Source of the DNA: an uncultured Dehalococcoidia bacterium
GTDB taxonomy: Bacteria > Chloroflexota > Dehalococcoidia > Lucifugimonadales > CATQGZ01
DNA length: 64,000 nucleotides
Reading direction: 5' to 3'
Assembly (NCBI GenBank): GCA_964570875.1
Contig: CAZMZE010000063.1
Location: 9,445 to 73,444 of the forward strand
Shown here: one piece after another, positions 10,401-18,958 of the stretch
Layout of the letters: each line of letters opens with the position of its first letter
Numbering within the stretch: the first letter of the stretch is position 1
The notes under the pieces: model-generated
The model's database searches: none
The model's input: the letters and a program-made list of their open reading frames with translations, nothing else
Told to the model about the DNA's origin: nothing
Program-made: the position numbers and the translations under genes

Positions 10401-11005
10401 ATCTACTACTCAGATTCTGGGATCCCGAAAAAGGTAGTATTAAACTGGATAGTCACAACCTTACAGAATACAAATTAGACGAACTGAGGGATTCTGTTTC
10501 ATTAGTGGCTCAAGACACCTATTTATTTAACAGTACGGTGAGAGCTAATTTGACTGTAGCTAACCCCACTGCAACGGAAGATGAACTACTTGATGCGGCG
10601 AAGAAAGCTGCTGCACATGAATTCATAATGACTTTGCCCGACCAGTACGACACTCTTGTAGGGGAGCGTGGTTTCCAGCTTTCTGGAGGCCAAAGGCAGC
10701 GGATCGCCATAGCTCGTGCATTTTTAAAGGATGCTCCTGTTTTGGTTTTAGATGAAGCGACATCTCATTTGGATGCAGTTAATGAATCGTTGGTTCACAA
10801 TGCGTTAGGTGTGCTAATGGAGCATCGTTCCAGCCTGATCATAGCGCATAGACTTTCCACGATACGAGATGCAGATATTATAGTGGTGATAGATGATGGA
10901 CGAGTTGTGGAAAGCGGTACGTCAGATGATCTTATGGCTAGCGGGGGTGCATATTCACAAATGGTTGGGGTTCAGATTACTAATCTATCTGAAGAGAATT
11001 ATTAG
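7424..11005 (+). CDS. fused full-length ABC exporter (TMD-NBD-TMD-NBD), CydD/CydC-like halves
   Basis: Two 6-TM blocks and two complete NBDs. First NBD: GSSGAGKST / LSGGQRQRIAIARA / ILILDEA. Second NBD: GRSGAGKTT / LSGGQRQRIAIARAF / VLVLDEA. GGGAGG RBS before the TTG start. Confidence 0.9.
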   Translation: MYINRRLFTYTQGHRMMLSVAVLFGLLASVVGVSRLALSGYALALVIEGDELSKITIIVLAIAGSIFLRAVFQYFKETIGHRVALSIQISMRREVYSKAIELGPGTLDQKRSGDILLSLVEGVDQLESYFGEYIAQFFVALVAPVGLFIFMVWLDVTTAIIYLVAAITTLLLPSVFHFWNSTSGGYRRESYAEWSAEFLDSVQGLATLKAFGQSGERGKLLAVKARNVYRSTMKILAANQATTGVTWLGITSGAAIALGWGALRVDDGSLELTTLLVVMMLGVEVFRPLRELTSLYHKGMLGMSSAIAVFDLLDSKPIVENVTEGHEEQISIRPTLEFRNVTFKYPTRDTNAVLDVCFKVGSGETVAVVGSSGAGKSTLVWLALRFFDPTEGQVFIGDYDLKSIPLQFARKQIAVVTQDTYLFHGTVAYNLKLGNPNASQDDLEKAANAANALEFIRDLPQGFDTVIGERGIRLSGGQRQRIAIARAILTEAPILILDEALSSVDVENEAIIQQALERLMEGRTTLVIAHRLSSVINADRIMVIEDGNLVEQGTHQDLISIQGSYSTLMKSQLEYEHRTKESIELDQNAHFDTETPKKELKEQYQQSLDAEIDLSWRIIFGRLLELTGPLTWMLVATFVLGVLRVVVLVGIGIISALIVRDLVINNDPRPLLVILGVLATMTPVLHWLESWVSHDMAFRLLAEMRVAVFNKLDQLAPAYMFRRRSGDITSLVTSDIETLEFFFAHTVAPAFVAIVVPASILVTVAVVQLPLALVLLVFLIFVAYTPFQARKALDKLGYDSREQLGEVNAHMVDGIQGMREIVAFGQERRRIDEVETNQRAFGAYRLKFLKYLSGQRILIEMANGLGGLSVLAVGAYFVSEGSLSSEMLPLLSIIALSSFIPVSEVAQVVKQLADTLGSSRRLFEVHDHPVQITSGPGVAKENYSGSVIAFEEVDFRYEQGLERVLKDVAFVIHQGQKIALVGRSGAGKTTVAHLLLRFWDPEKGSIKLDSHNLTEYKLDELRDSVSLVAQDTYLFNSTVRANLTVANPTATEDELLDAAKKAAAHEFIMTLPDQYDTLVGERGFQLSGGQRQRIAIARAFLKDAPVLVLDEATSHLDAVNESLVHNALGVLMEHRSSLIIAHRLSTIRDADIIVVIDDGRVVESGTSDDLMASGGAYSQMVGVQITNLSEENY

Positions 11006-11017
11006 CTCTCGATTTCA

Positions 11018-11764
11018 TCAATTTGGTTTAAACCTACTAATATCAGCGCAAAAATAGTTTTTCGCTAGATAATAAATTTTTGTGTTGTAGGTACCGTATA
11101 CTGGTTGTACCTCAGCTTGCATCCAAGCCTCTGCGCCTTCCATGGAGGGGAATTCAATAACCCAGGCCCTATGCCAGGCGTCTTGTGGAGCGATAAGCCT
11201 GAATCCTTCCAGTCTCATAAGTCCATGTTTTAGAGCCACATTTTTCATTAGGTCGACGTGTTTCTGGTCTCCCCTGTCTTCAGCAGACATCAAGTCGGTT
11301 CCAGGTAGTCCGCGTCCAAACATAAGTACGACAACACTCTCATCGTCTATTTTTAAGGCAGGAATAGAGTGATCATTTTCTTTTGCAAGAGGCAACATGG
11401 GCTTACGTTCCAATGTTACCCAGCTAGAAAAATAATCAGGATCCCAGGGCCTGGCGAGATAGTATTCCCAGTATCCGTCACTGCCATACGGCGGAGCCAT
11501 TTCTGCTTCTATCCATTGTTCGGCGCCTTCAAGCGTTGGGAATTCAATCACCCAAAATCTATGCCACGGTTGTTGGTATCCCATTAACCTGAATGACTCG
11601 AGGCGCTGGATACCATATTTATAACCAACTTCCAGAATCAGTTCTACATGCTGCTGGATATAATCCTGTTGTTTTTCTGGACTCACATGATCCCAGCTTT
11701 GTAGTCTGCCTGCTTTAACAAGGACTACAACTTTATCCTTGTTCACTCTGGGTGAATATGCCAT
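11018..11764 (-). CDS. hypothetical protein made of two tandem copies of an approximately 120-aa domain (dimeric alpha/beta-barrel, DUF1330-like by pattern)
   Basis: Internal repeat PWHRFWVIEFPTLEGAEQWIEAEMAPPYG / AWHRAWVIEFPSMEGAEAWMQAEVQPVYG. GGAGGGAAG RBS. Confidence 0.6.
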   Translation of the reverse strand: MAYSPRVNKDKVVVLVKAGRLQSWDHVSPEKQQDYIQQHVELILEVGYKYGIQRLESFRLMGYQQPWHRFWVIEFPTLEGAEQWIEAEMAPPYGSDGYWEYYLARPWDPDYFSSWVTLERKPMLPLAKENDHSIPALKIDDESVVVLMFGRGLPGTDLMSAEDRGDQKHVDLMKNVALKHGLMRLEGFRLIAPQDAWHRAWVIEFPSMEGAEAWMQAEVQPVYGTYNTKIYYLAKNYFCADISRFKPN

Positions 11765-11806
11765 ATGGGACTTCCCTCCAGTCCTTGGTGCTTTGAATAA
11801 ATGGGA

Positions 11807-12199
11807 TTAGCTTAGGTCTATTTCTATACCACCTGTCCATTTTAATGCAATGTTGAATATCCAGGTGGCCAGTAGCGAATATAAAAAAGTCACTATAAGG
11901 TATAAAATTGGTATACCTAGCATTACGCCTATACCTGCTCCAGGATCTGTAGTTGTTATGAGGATTAGGCCTATTAACACGCATACAGGGATCACTATCA
12001 AGCCGACTGTAACGGAAAAAACTTTGGATGCAGATACGATTCCAACTCTCTTCAATACTCGTGTTTCGCTGCTGACCACATCATTATCAGGTACCATCCG
12101 ACTCTGAATTGACGATGTTCCTTTTCCGCATGAACCGCAGTAAGGTGCTTCTCGTTGCAATTCTGAACCACAATACTCACATTTGGCTGTACTAGACAT
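11807..12199 (-). CDS. zinc-ribbon membrane protein
   Basis: N-terminal CEYCGSEL...CGSCG double CxxC, followed by two or three TM helices. GGAGGTG RBS. Confidence 0.65.
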   Translation of the reverse strand: MSSTAKCEYCGSELQREAPYCGSCGKGTSSIQSRMVPDNDVVSSETRVLKRVGIVSASKVFSVTVGLIVIPVCVLIGLILITTTDPGAGIGVMLGIPILYLIVTFLYSLLATWIFNIALKWTGGIEIDLS

Positions 12200-12406
12200 A
12201 AACTCACCTCCGAGACTCTAACCAATAATTTCTATGTATAAAAATCCGAAGATAGGGATCGCTTTAATCGTCAACTTCCTCAGTATAAACCTTAAAGTCA
12301 ACTTAGATTAATTGGAGTAATCCATCAGGTATTACACGAGCAGGTTAATTTGTGATTTTGTATTGTGTTACCAAATTTAATTGTTACGTGTACAATTGTG
12401 AACATA

Positions 12407-13234
12407 ATGATTCCTTTAGGTATTTCAATCATTCCAACTCACCGTAGTACAGATATCGCATCTTTCGCTACACGTGTTGAGGATTTTGGATTTGATTCTC
12501 TATGGGTGCCTGAACAGCATACATTGCCGGTTCACGCTGAGAATCCGGTTCCGCGTGAATGGGGTGATATCGTGGATCCATTCATCGCACTGTCGCGTGC
12601 TTCGGCTACAACGAATATTTTGAAGTTAGGTACTGCAGTGTCTGTTGTTCCTGCACGGAATCCAATCACTCTTGCCAAAGAAGTGGCCACATTAGACATG
12701 TATTCTAAAGGTCGGTTTCTGTTTGGAATAGGTGTGGGCGGCCTTAGGGAAGAAGGCGAAATTCTAGGAGTGGATTTTGATCATAGATGGACACAGGCAA
12801 AAGAATCCGTAGAGGCAATGAAAGAGCTTTGGCTAAAAGATGAAAGTTCCTATAAAGGAAATTATTACGATTTTCCGCCTCTATACTGTTATCCAAAACC
12901 AATTTCCAGTCCACATCCACCCATTATTCTTGGGAGTACAGCAAAAAATGCATTTAAAAGAATTGCCGCCTGGGGAGATGGATGGATACCTCTTGGGGTC
13001 ACAGTCGAGGAAATAGCTTATGGGAGATCTGAGCTTGACAGGCTAGCAATGGAAGAAGGAAGAGATCCGAAATCAATAGAAATTTCAGTTATGGGTGTGC
13101 CGGCCAATCTAGATGCGATCAAGCAATATGAAGATGCTGGTGCCGACCGCATTATTTTGGGAATCGATGTTTCAGAGGATCAGCAAGATATGGTAGGTCT
13201 GGAGAAAATAGCTGATGATGTTTTCTCCAACTGA
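12407..13234 (+). CDS. LLM-class (luciferase-like) F420/flavin-dependent oxidoreductase
   Basis: MIPLGISIIP... start typical of the family, FGFDSLWVPEQH motif, about 275 aa. The start is ambiguous: the tracked ORF begins at GTG 12365 and no clear SD precedes either start. Confidence 0.75.
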   Translation: MIPLGISIIPTHRSTDIASFATRVEDFGFDSLWVPEQHTLPVHAENPVPREWGDIVDPFIALSRASATTNILKLGTAVSVVPARNPITLAKEVATLDMYSKGRFLFGIGVGGLREEGEILGVDFDHRWTQAKESVEAMKELWLKDESSYKGNYYDFPPLYCYPKPISSPHPPIILGSTAKNAFKRIAAWGDGWIPLGVTVEEIAYGRSELDRLAMEEGRDPKSIEISVMGVPANLDAIKQYEDAGADRIILGIDVSEDQQDMVGLEKIADDVFSN

Positions 13235-13291
13235 TTGTGTTTAGCAGGAACTATCTGTGCTTGCCGTAGGCTCAAATAATGGAGGGCCAGA

Positions 13292-14404
13292 TTGAGAATC
13301 GATAAGTTAGAGATTTATCATGTTGCTATGCCCTTACTCTATCCGTGGCGTACGGCTTATGGTGAGGATTATGATATTCACTCTGTTTTGGTAAAAGCTG
13401 TGAGTGGAGAATATCATGCATGGTCTGAAAGCTCACCCCTACGTGCTCCTAGTTATCTTTCAGAGAGTGCATTGTCAGTATTTCACAATATAGCAGAATT
13501 TTTCGGGCCGCATATTATAGGCAGAGAATATGATAGAGCTGAAGATATTAATGACAGGCTAGGCATCTTCAAAGGGAATACTTTTGCGAAAGGAGCATTA
13601 GAGATTGCCTGGTGGTCTCTTCAAAGTAAGATCACAGGATTACCGTTACATCGATTACTCGGAGGAGAGACTAGAGAGGTACAGGCTGGAGCAGATTTCG
13701 GTATACAAGATTCCATAGAGATGCTTATTAGTAATATTCAGACTGCTGTTGATGCCGGTTTCCCTAGGGTGAAGCTCAAAGTGGCAAGAGGTTGGGATCT
13801 GGACATGCTAAAGTCCGTGACTAGTACCTTCCCTAAAATGACTTTCCATATTGACTGTAACAGTGGATACACAATAGAAGATTTGCCATTTTTTAGAGCT
13901 ATTGATGATATGGGTCTTGCTTTTATTGAGCAACCCCTAGCTTATACAGATATTCTTGATCATGCGGAACTTGCAAAAAATATTCAGACACCTATTTGTT
14001 TAGATGAGAGCATAGTAAGCGTTAGATTGGCAGAGCAAGCAATTAGAATCGGAGCTTGTGAATATATAAATATAAAACCTGCAAGAGTGGGTGGTCTTTC
14101 AAATTCGGTGGCAATCCACAATATTGCCAGGGATTCAGGAATACCTGTTTGGGTCGGAGGAATGTTAGAGAGCGCTGTAGGATCTTCGGTTTGTGTTGAA
14201 TTGGCGACATTACCCAATTTCACTTATCCCGGAGATCTTTTCCCAACCTCTAGATTTTATGCGAGAGATTTGGCGAACACTTCGATGGAACTCACGCAAG
14301 ACAATAAATTTGTACCTTTCACCGGTCCCATGCCAGAACCAGATCCTGAAATGCTGTCTAAAGAAACTGTAAATTTCAAAGCACTTGCGGCGGATAATAC
14401 CTGA
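13292..14404 (+). CDS. enolase-superfamily enzyme, o-succinylbenzoate synthase / N-acylamino-acid racemase (MLE subgroup)
   Basis: VKLKVARG (KxK), HIDCNSGY, FIEQP, CLDES metal ligands and NIKPARVGG second lysine. GGAGGG RBS before the TTG start. Confidence 0.85.
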   Translation: MRIDKLEIYHVAMPLLYPWRTAYGEDYDIHSVLVKAVSGEYHAWSESSPLRAPSYLSESALSVFHNIAEFFGPHIIGREYDRAEDINDRLGIFKGNTFAKGALEIAWWSLQSKITGLPLHRLLGGETREVQAGADFGIQDSIEMLISNIQTAVDAGFPRVKLKVARGWDLDMLKSVTSTFPKMTFHIDCNSGYTIEDLPFFRAIDDMGLAFIEQPLAYTDILDHAELAKNIQTPICLDESIVSVRLAEQAIRIGACEYINIKPARVGGLSNSVAIHNIARDSGIPVWVGGMLESAVGSSVCVELATLPNFTYPGDLFPTSRFYARDLANTSMELTQDNKFVPFTGPMPEPDPEMLSKETVNFKALAADNT

Positions 14405-14466
14405 AAATAAATACCCATGGATGAATTATAGGTATTGGTCTCGGGTATTTTCTTAAAAGGAGCCAC

Positions 14467-15231
14467 ATGTCGGAATTGCCATTACATGTTGAGATCAACA
14501 AACATGTAGCATGCATATATTTCTCTCGTTCATCTTCGGACAATGGAATCAATGCAAATTTTGCTGAAGAACTAAGAGGAGCAATTGATTGCCTTGAACA
14601 TAACGACCAGATAAGAGTGTTGCTAATTACTGGCAGCGGAGGTTCATTTTGTGTAGGTACTGATTTTGGTTCTTTAAATCAGAACAGTATTGAAACGTTT
14701 AAGTCACTCAAAATTTCGGACTTTGTGGCAGGTTTTTCCAAGCCAGTAATAGCAGTTCTAAACGGGAAAGCTTTAGACCAAGGATTGGAGGCTGCATTGG
14801 CTTGTGATTTTAGGTTGGCTGCCGAAGGGGCCAAACTGGGTCTTCAGCAAGTATCTAATGGATTAATCCCTTGGGATGGAGGCACTCAGAGATTACCTCG
14901 TCTTGTAGGAGAAAGCCGCGCTATTGAGATTATTTTGAGTGGACGGTTAATTGACGTTGATGAAGCTCAGTCGATTGGTCTGGTTGACGATGTTTTTTTA
15001 ACGGACGAACTTATGGATGGTGCTATGAGCTTGGCTGAAATTATTGCGGGTCATGGTCCAATAGCTGCTAGATATGTGAAGGAAGCGATTAAAGCTGGTC
15101 AGGACATGTCCTTAGATAATGGACTCCGTCTTGAGGCAGATCTTAATATTTTGCTTCATAGCACGAGTGATCGATCAGAGGGAATTCAATCATTTTTAGA
15201 AAAACGGAAACCAATATTTAGAGGAAATTAG
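14467..15231 (+). CDS. crotonase-fold protein (divergent enoyl-CoA hydratase/isomerase)
   Basis: Crotonase layout (ITGSGGSFCVGTDF, ...GGTQRLPRLVG). The second catalytic Glu position reads LQQV instead of PE. AAGGAG RBS. Confidence 0.8.
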   Translation: MSELPLHVEINKHVACIYFSRSSSDNGINANFAEELRGAIDCLEHNDQIRVLLITGSGGSFCVGTDFGSLNQNSIETFKSLKISDFVAGFSKPVIAVLNGKALDQGLEAALACDFRLAAEGAKLGLQQVSNGLIPWDGGTQRLPRLVGESRAIEIILSGRLIDVDEAQSIGLVDDVFLTDELMDGAMSLAEIIAGHGPIAARYVKEAIKAGQDMSLDNGLRLEADLNILLHSTSDRSEGIQSFLEKRKPIFRGN

Positions 15232-15261
15232 TGGGAAGGGATACTAAGAGTTGTTCGAGTT

Positions 15262-16011
15262 ATGATTACAGGTAATAGATTCCACACCTTAATCTACTCA
15301 AAAAATGGCCCGGTTGCGACTATCTCACTGAATCGTCCAGAAGTAGTAAACGCATACAACGTAAAAATGAGAGATGAACTCTTTCAATTATTGCAAGCTA
15401 TCGATATTGATGACGATGTCAAAATTGTTGTCATTAGAGGTAATGGTAAAAAGGGATTTTGCGCTGGCGCTGATTTGACTGAGTTCGGGACAGCACCTTC
15501 TCAGATTATTGCGCGACAGGCCCGATGGTATAGGGATATTTGGGGGGCTTTTAGGAATTTGGACAAGCCGATAGTTGGAGCACTTCACGGTTGGGTAATA
15601 GGCCTTGGAGTAGAGATTGCATGTTTCTGTGATATAAGGATTGCATCAGAAGATGCTTTGTTCAGTTTGCCCGAGGTCGCCCTAGGTATGATTCCAGCAG
15701 CTGGTGGAACTCAAACTATTCCTCGTTCTATTGGTAGTAGCAGGGCTCTCAAAATGATACTTACAAACCAGAAACTTGACGCCATAACAGCTTTGGATAT
15801 GGGATTGGTTCACAAAATTGTGACAAAGGAAGTACTATTGGACGAAGCGTATAAAATTGCTCAACAATTGGCAGATCAAGATGAGGCTGTACTTGCTTTA
15901 TCCAAGAAATCTATTAAAGAAGGTATGAACTTACCTCTAAACTCAGCGTTATCATATGAGAGCCGTTTATTTTCGAAGTTGCTTTCAAGCCGTTTGTCAG
16001 ATAGAGAATGA
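15262..16011 (+). CDS. enoyl-CoA hydratase/isomerase
   Basis: GFCAGADL oxyanion motif, GLGVEIA and LPEVALGMIPAAGGTQ (both catalytic Glu present). Confidence 0.85.
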   Translation: MITGNRFHTLIYSKNGPVATISLNRPEVVNAYNVKMRDELFQLLQAIDIDDDVKIVVIRGNGKKGFCAGADLTEFGTAPSQIIARQARWYRDIWGAFRNLDKPIVGALHGWVIGLGVEIACFCDIRIASEDALFSLPEVALGMIPAAGGTQTIPRSIGSSRALKMILTNQKLDAITALDMGLVHKIVTKEVLLDEAYKIAQQLADQDEAVLALSKKSIKEGMNLPLNSALSYESRLFSKLLSSRLSDRE

Positions 16012-16082
16012 ATAGTCTATATTGCCAATATTGTTACTACTAGCTCAAGAAACTTTAGATTTGTGCTGCGGGGACTTTTTAA

Positions 16083-17633
16083 TTGAATACGACGGAATTT
16101 CTTTCTATAGCATCGGCAATAGTACCAGATAGAACAGCAGTTATTTTTGAGGCTGAGCGGTTCACATATGACCAGTTGTCATCTCGCGTAAATCGCTTGG
16201 CTAACGCGTTTGAACATATTGGGATTAAGCAGGGCGACAGGATAGCTTCAATCCAGGTCAATTCCCATCAGCAAGTAGAGGCGTATTTCGCAGCGGCCAA
16301 GCTAGATGCCATATATGTACCACTGAATTTTCGAGCGCGAGCAGATGAATTAACTCATATGATTAATGAATGCAGTGCCTCATTATTACTTGTTGGAGCT
16401 AGGTATTCACAAGAAATCCAAGCTCTTCATTCGAAACTTACTACGGTCAATAATGTGGTGTCTATGGATGATGAAGTTGATGGATGGATGTCTTACGAAA
16501 AGTTATTAGATCAAGCTTCTGATGAAGAAAGATATCCTATATCTGATGGAGATGACGTAACTTGTATTTTGTTTACTGCCGGAACTACTGGAGCCCCGAA
16601 AGGGGTGATGCTCAGCCACGAAAATTTTTCTTCCTATGTTCTTTCTAATGTTCATCCAGCAGATCCTGAATCCGAAGGACGAAATATATTAACTGTACCT
16701 CTGTATCACATAGCAGGAATACAGTCAGTCATGTCATCTGTTTATGGAGGCAGGACACTAGTAATACAAAAACAATTTGACCCCGCCGGTTGGATGGAAT
16801 TGGTTCAAAGTGAGGGGGTGAATAGAGCAATGATGGTTCCAACCATGCTGAAAATGCTTTTGGATCACCCTGATTTTGGAGGATACGATTTGACCAGCCT
16901 GGAGGTCATTACTTATGGTGCCGCCCCAATGCCTTTAGAGGTTATTAAAAGAGCGATAAAAGAATTGCCAGGCGTAAGCTTCATAAACGCTTTTGGGCAA
17001 ACGGAGACTGCTGCCACCATTACGATGCTTCCTCCTGAAGACCACATACTGGATGGGAGCGAAAAAGAAATAGAGTTGAAATTACAAAGACTGACATCCA
17101 TTGGCAAGCCTTTAGATGATGTAGAGGTACGTATAGTGGATAAGTTTGGAAATTCGGTTAATGTAGGGGAAGTCGGGGAAATTGCAGCGAGCGGACCCAG
17201 ATTGATGCGGGGGTATTGGAACCAGGACGCTGCCACATCCAACGTTATTAGGGACGGATGGCTGTATACAGGTGACCTGGGCTATTATGACCAAGATGGG
17301 TATATCTACCTGTCTGGTCGTGTCAAGGATTTCGTTAAGCGTGGTGGAGAAATGGTGTCGCCAGAAGAGGTAGAGAAGGTTTTGCATTCGCATCCAGCTG
17401 TTGATGAGGCGGCAATTATTGGAGTACCTGATGTCGATTGGGGCGAATGCGTTAGAGCGATTGTAGTGCTAAAACAAGGATTTCACGCCACGGAAACAGA
17501 AATATCAGAATATTGTCGTAAACGGTTGGCTAGCTTCAAAAAGCCTGAGACTGTTGTATTTGTTGAATCATTACCTAGAAATTCAATAGGAAAAGTACTC
17601 AAAAACGTTTTGCGCGAAAAACATGGTCACTAG
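16083..17633 (+). CDS. AMP-dependent acyl-CoA synthetase/ligase
   Basis: FTAGTTGAPKGV AMP-binding motif, YTGDLGYYDQDGYIYLSGRVKD, C-terminal GKVLK lysine. Confidence 0.9.
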   Translation: MNTTEFLSIASAIVPDRTAVIFEAERFTYDQLSSRVNRLANAFEHIGIKQGDRIASIQVNSHQQVEAYFAAAKLDAIYVPLNFRARADELTHMINECSASLLLVGARYSQEIQALHSKLTTVNNVVSMDDEVDGWMSYEKLLDQASDEERYPISDGDDVTCILFTAGTTGAPKGVMLSHENFSSYVLSNVHPADPESEGRNILTVPLYHIAGIQSVMSSVYGGRTLVIQKQFDPAGWMELVQSEGVNRAMMVPTMLKMLLDHPDFGGYDLTSLEVITYGAAPMPLEVIKRAIKELPGVSFINAFGQTETAATITMLPPEDHILDGSEKEIELKLQRLTSIGKPLDDVEVRIVDKFGNSVNVGEVGEIAASGPRLMRGYWNQDAATSNVIRDGWLYTGDLGYYDQDGYIYLSGRVKDFVKRGGEMVSPEEVEKVLHSHPAVDEAAIIGVPDVDWGECVRAIVVLKQGFHATETEISEYCRKRLASFKKPETVVFVESLPRNSIGKVLKNVLREKHGH

Positions 17634-17689
17634 GGATTCTGATGATCGCTGTACAATAGAGTGTACCGTGCTCCACTTATTTTGCTATT

Positions 17690-18949
17690 CTAGTCAATCT
17701 TTGTGAATCCTGTATATGGTTGCAGAACTTCTGGGACAAGTATTGATCCATCTGATTGTTGGTAATGCTCCATAATACAAGCCATTGTTCTTGGAATACC
17801 TAGTCCACTACCATTCAAAGTGTGGACAAATTCAGGCCTAGCATCACTTTCGGGTCGGTACCGGATGTTTGCACGTCTAGCCTGAAAATCTTTACAGTTC
17901 GAGCATGAACTTACTTCCAACCATTCATTGCAACCAGCAGCCCACAATTCTATATCGTACGTTTTAACTACTGAGAACCCCATATCGCCTGTGCATTGAA
18001 GCTTCACTCGATGGGGGATTTTTAGTTCCTCACATACGCTCTCAGCATCGGTTACAATTTGTTCAAGTGCTTGTTGAGATTTTAACGGTTCAACGAATTG
18101 GTACATTTCAACTTTATCAAATTGATGTCCTCTCTTGATCCCGCGGGTGTCGTTCCCCGCCGCTGCTTTTTCTCTTCTGAAGCAAGGAGTGTGGGAAACG
18201 TATTTTAGCGGGAATTGTTCAAGAGACATGATCTCGGCACTATGGATATTCGTGATAGGTACCTCTGCAGTAGGTACCAGCCACATGTCATCTTCCTCAT
18301 CGTGGTACATTGTGTCAGCAAATTTTGGTAAATGGCCACTACCAGTAACAGTATTTCTGCTGACAAGGTATGGCAGATACAGTTCCTGATATCCGTGTTT
18401 AGTGGTGTGTGTATCTAGTAACCATGATATTAACGCCCTTTGTAGTCTGGCGCCGGCTCCTTTTAGTAAATAGAATCGAGAACCAGAAAGTTTAACTCCC
18501 CTTGCGAAGTCGATTATCCCAAGGTTTTCACTTAACTCCCAGTGAGGCAAAGGTTTGAAATCAAATTCAGGAACATGCTTAGACGTACGTATGACAATAT
18601 TTTCGGAATCATCTTTACCTACTGGCACATCGTCCTCTGGAATATTAGGCACTGCCAAAAGAAGATTTCTGAGTTGTTCGTTATTAGCTCTTGACTCAGT
18701 TACCAAATCTTTTATACGCGTTCCGACTTCGCGCATTTCTTTTATGATTTCAGGAGGCTTTTCTTTGGATTGGCTGAGTTGTTTACTGACCTCATTGCGG
18801 CGTGCTCGAAGGGAATCAATTTCTGCGATCAGTACTCTACGTTTTGAATCGAGTTCAATTATAAGATCCACAGGCACTGTATCGTTGCGTTTCTGCGCAG
18901 CGGATTTTATTTCCTCAGGATTGTTTCTTAAAAATTCTATATTAATCAA
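17690..18949 (-). CDS. serS: seryl-tRNA synthetase
   Basis: N-terminal coiled-coil arm (FLRNNPEEIK...) and class II core motifs (FRRE, GSGLGIPRT). TTG start. Confidence 0.93.
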   Translation of the reverse strand: MINIEFLRNNPEEIKSAAQKRNDTVPVDLIIELDSKRRVLIAEIDSLRARRNEVSKQLSQSKEKPPEIIKEMREVGTRIKDLVTESRANNEQLRNLLLAVPNIPEDDVPVGKDDSENIVIRTSKHVPEFDFKPLPHWELSENLGIIDFARGVKLSGSRFYLLKGAGARLQRALISWLLDTHTTKHGYQELYLPYLVSRNTVTGSGHLPKFADTMYHDEEDDMWLVPTAEVPITNIHSAEIMSLEQFPLKYVSHTPCFRREKAAAGNDTRGIKRGHQFDKVEMYQFVEPLKSQQALEQIVTDAESVCEELKIPHRVKLQCTGDMGFSVVKTYDIELWAAGCNEWLEVSSCSNCKDFQARRANIRYRPESDARPEFVHTLNGSGLGIPRTMACIMEHYQQSDGSILVPEVLQPYTGFTKID

Positions 18950-18958
18950 ATGTGATGC

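Noticed and set aside
13292-17633. Interpretation as menaquinone genes menC-menB-menE
   Set aside because: The crotonases are about 250 aa and look like generic enoyl-CoA hydratases rather than MenB. No menD, menF, menH or menA is nearby. OSBS/NAAAR-family enzymes are promiscuous, so I left these as a generic catabolic block.
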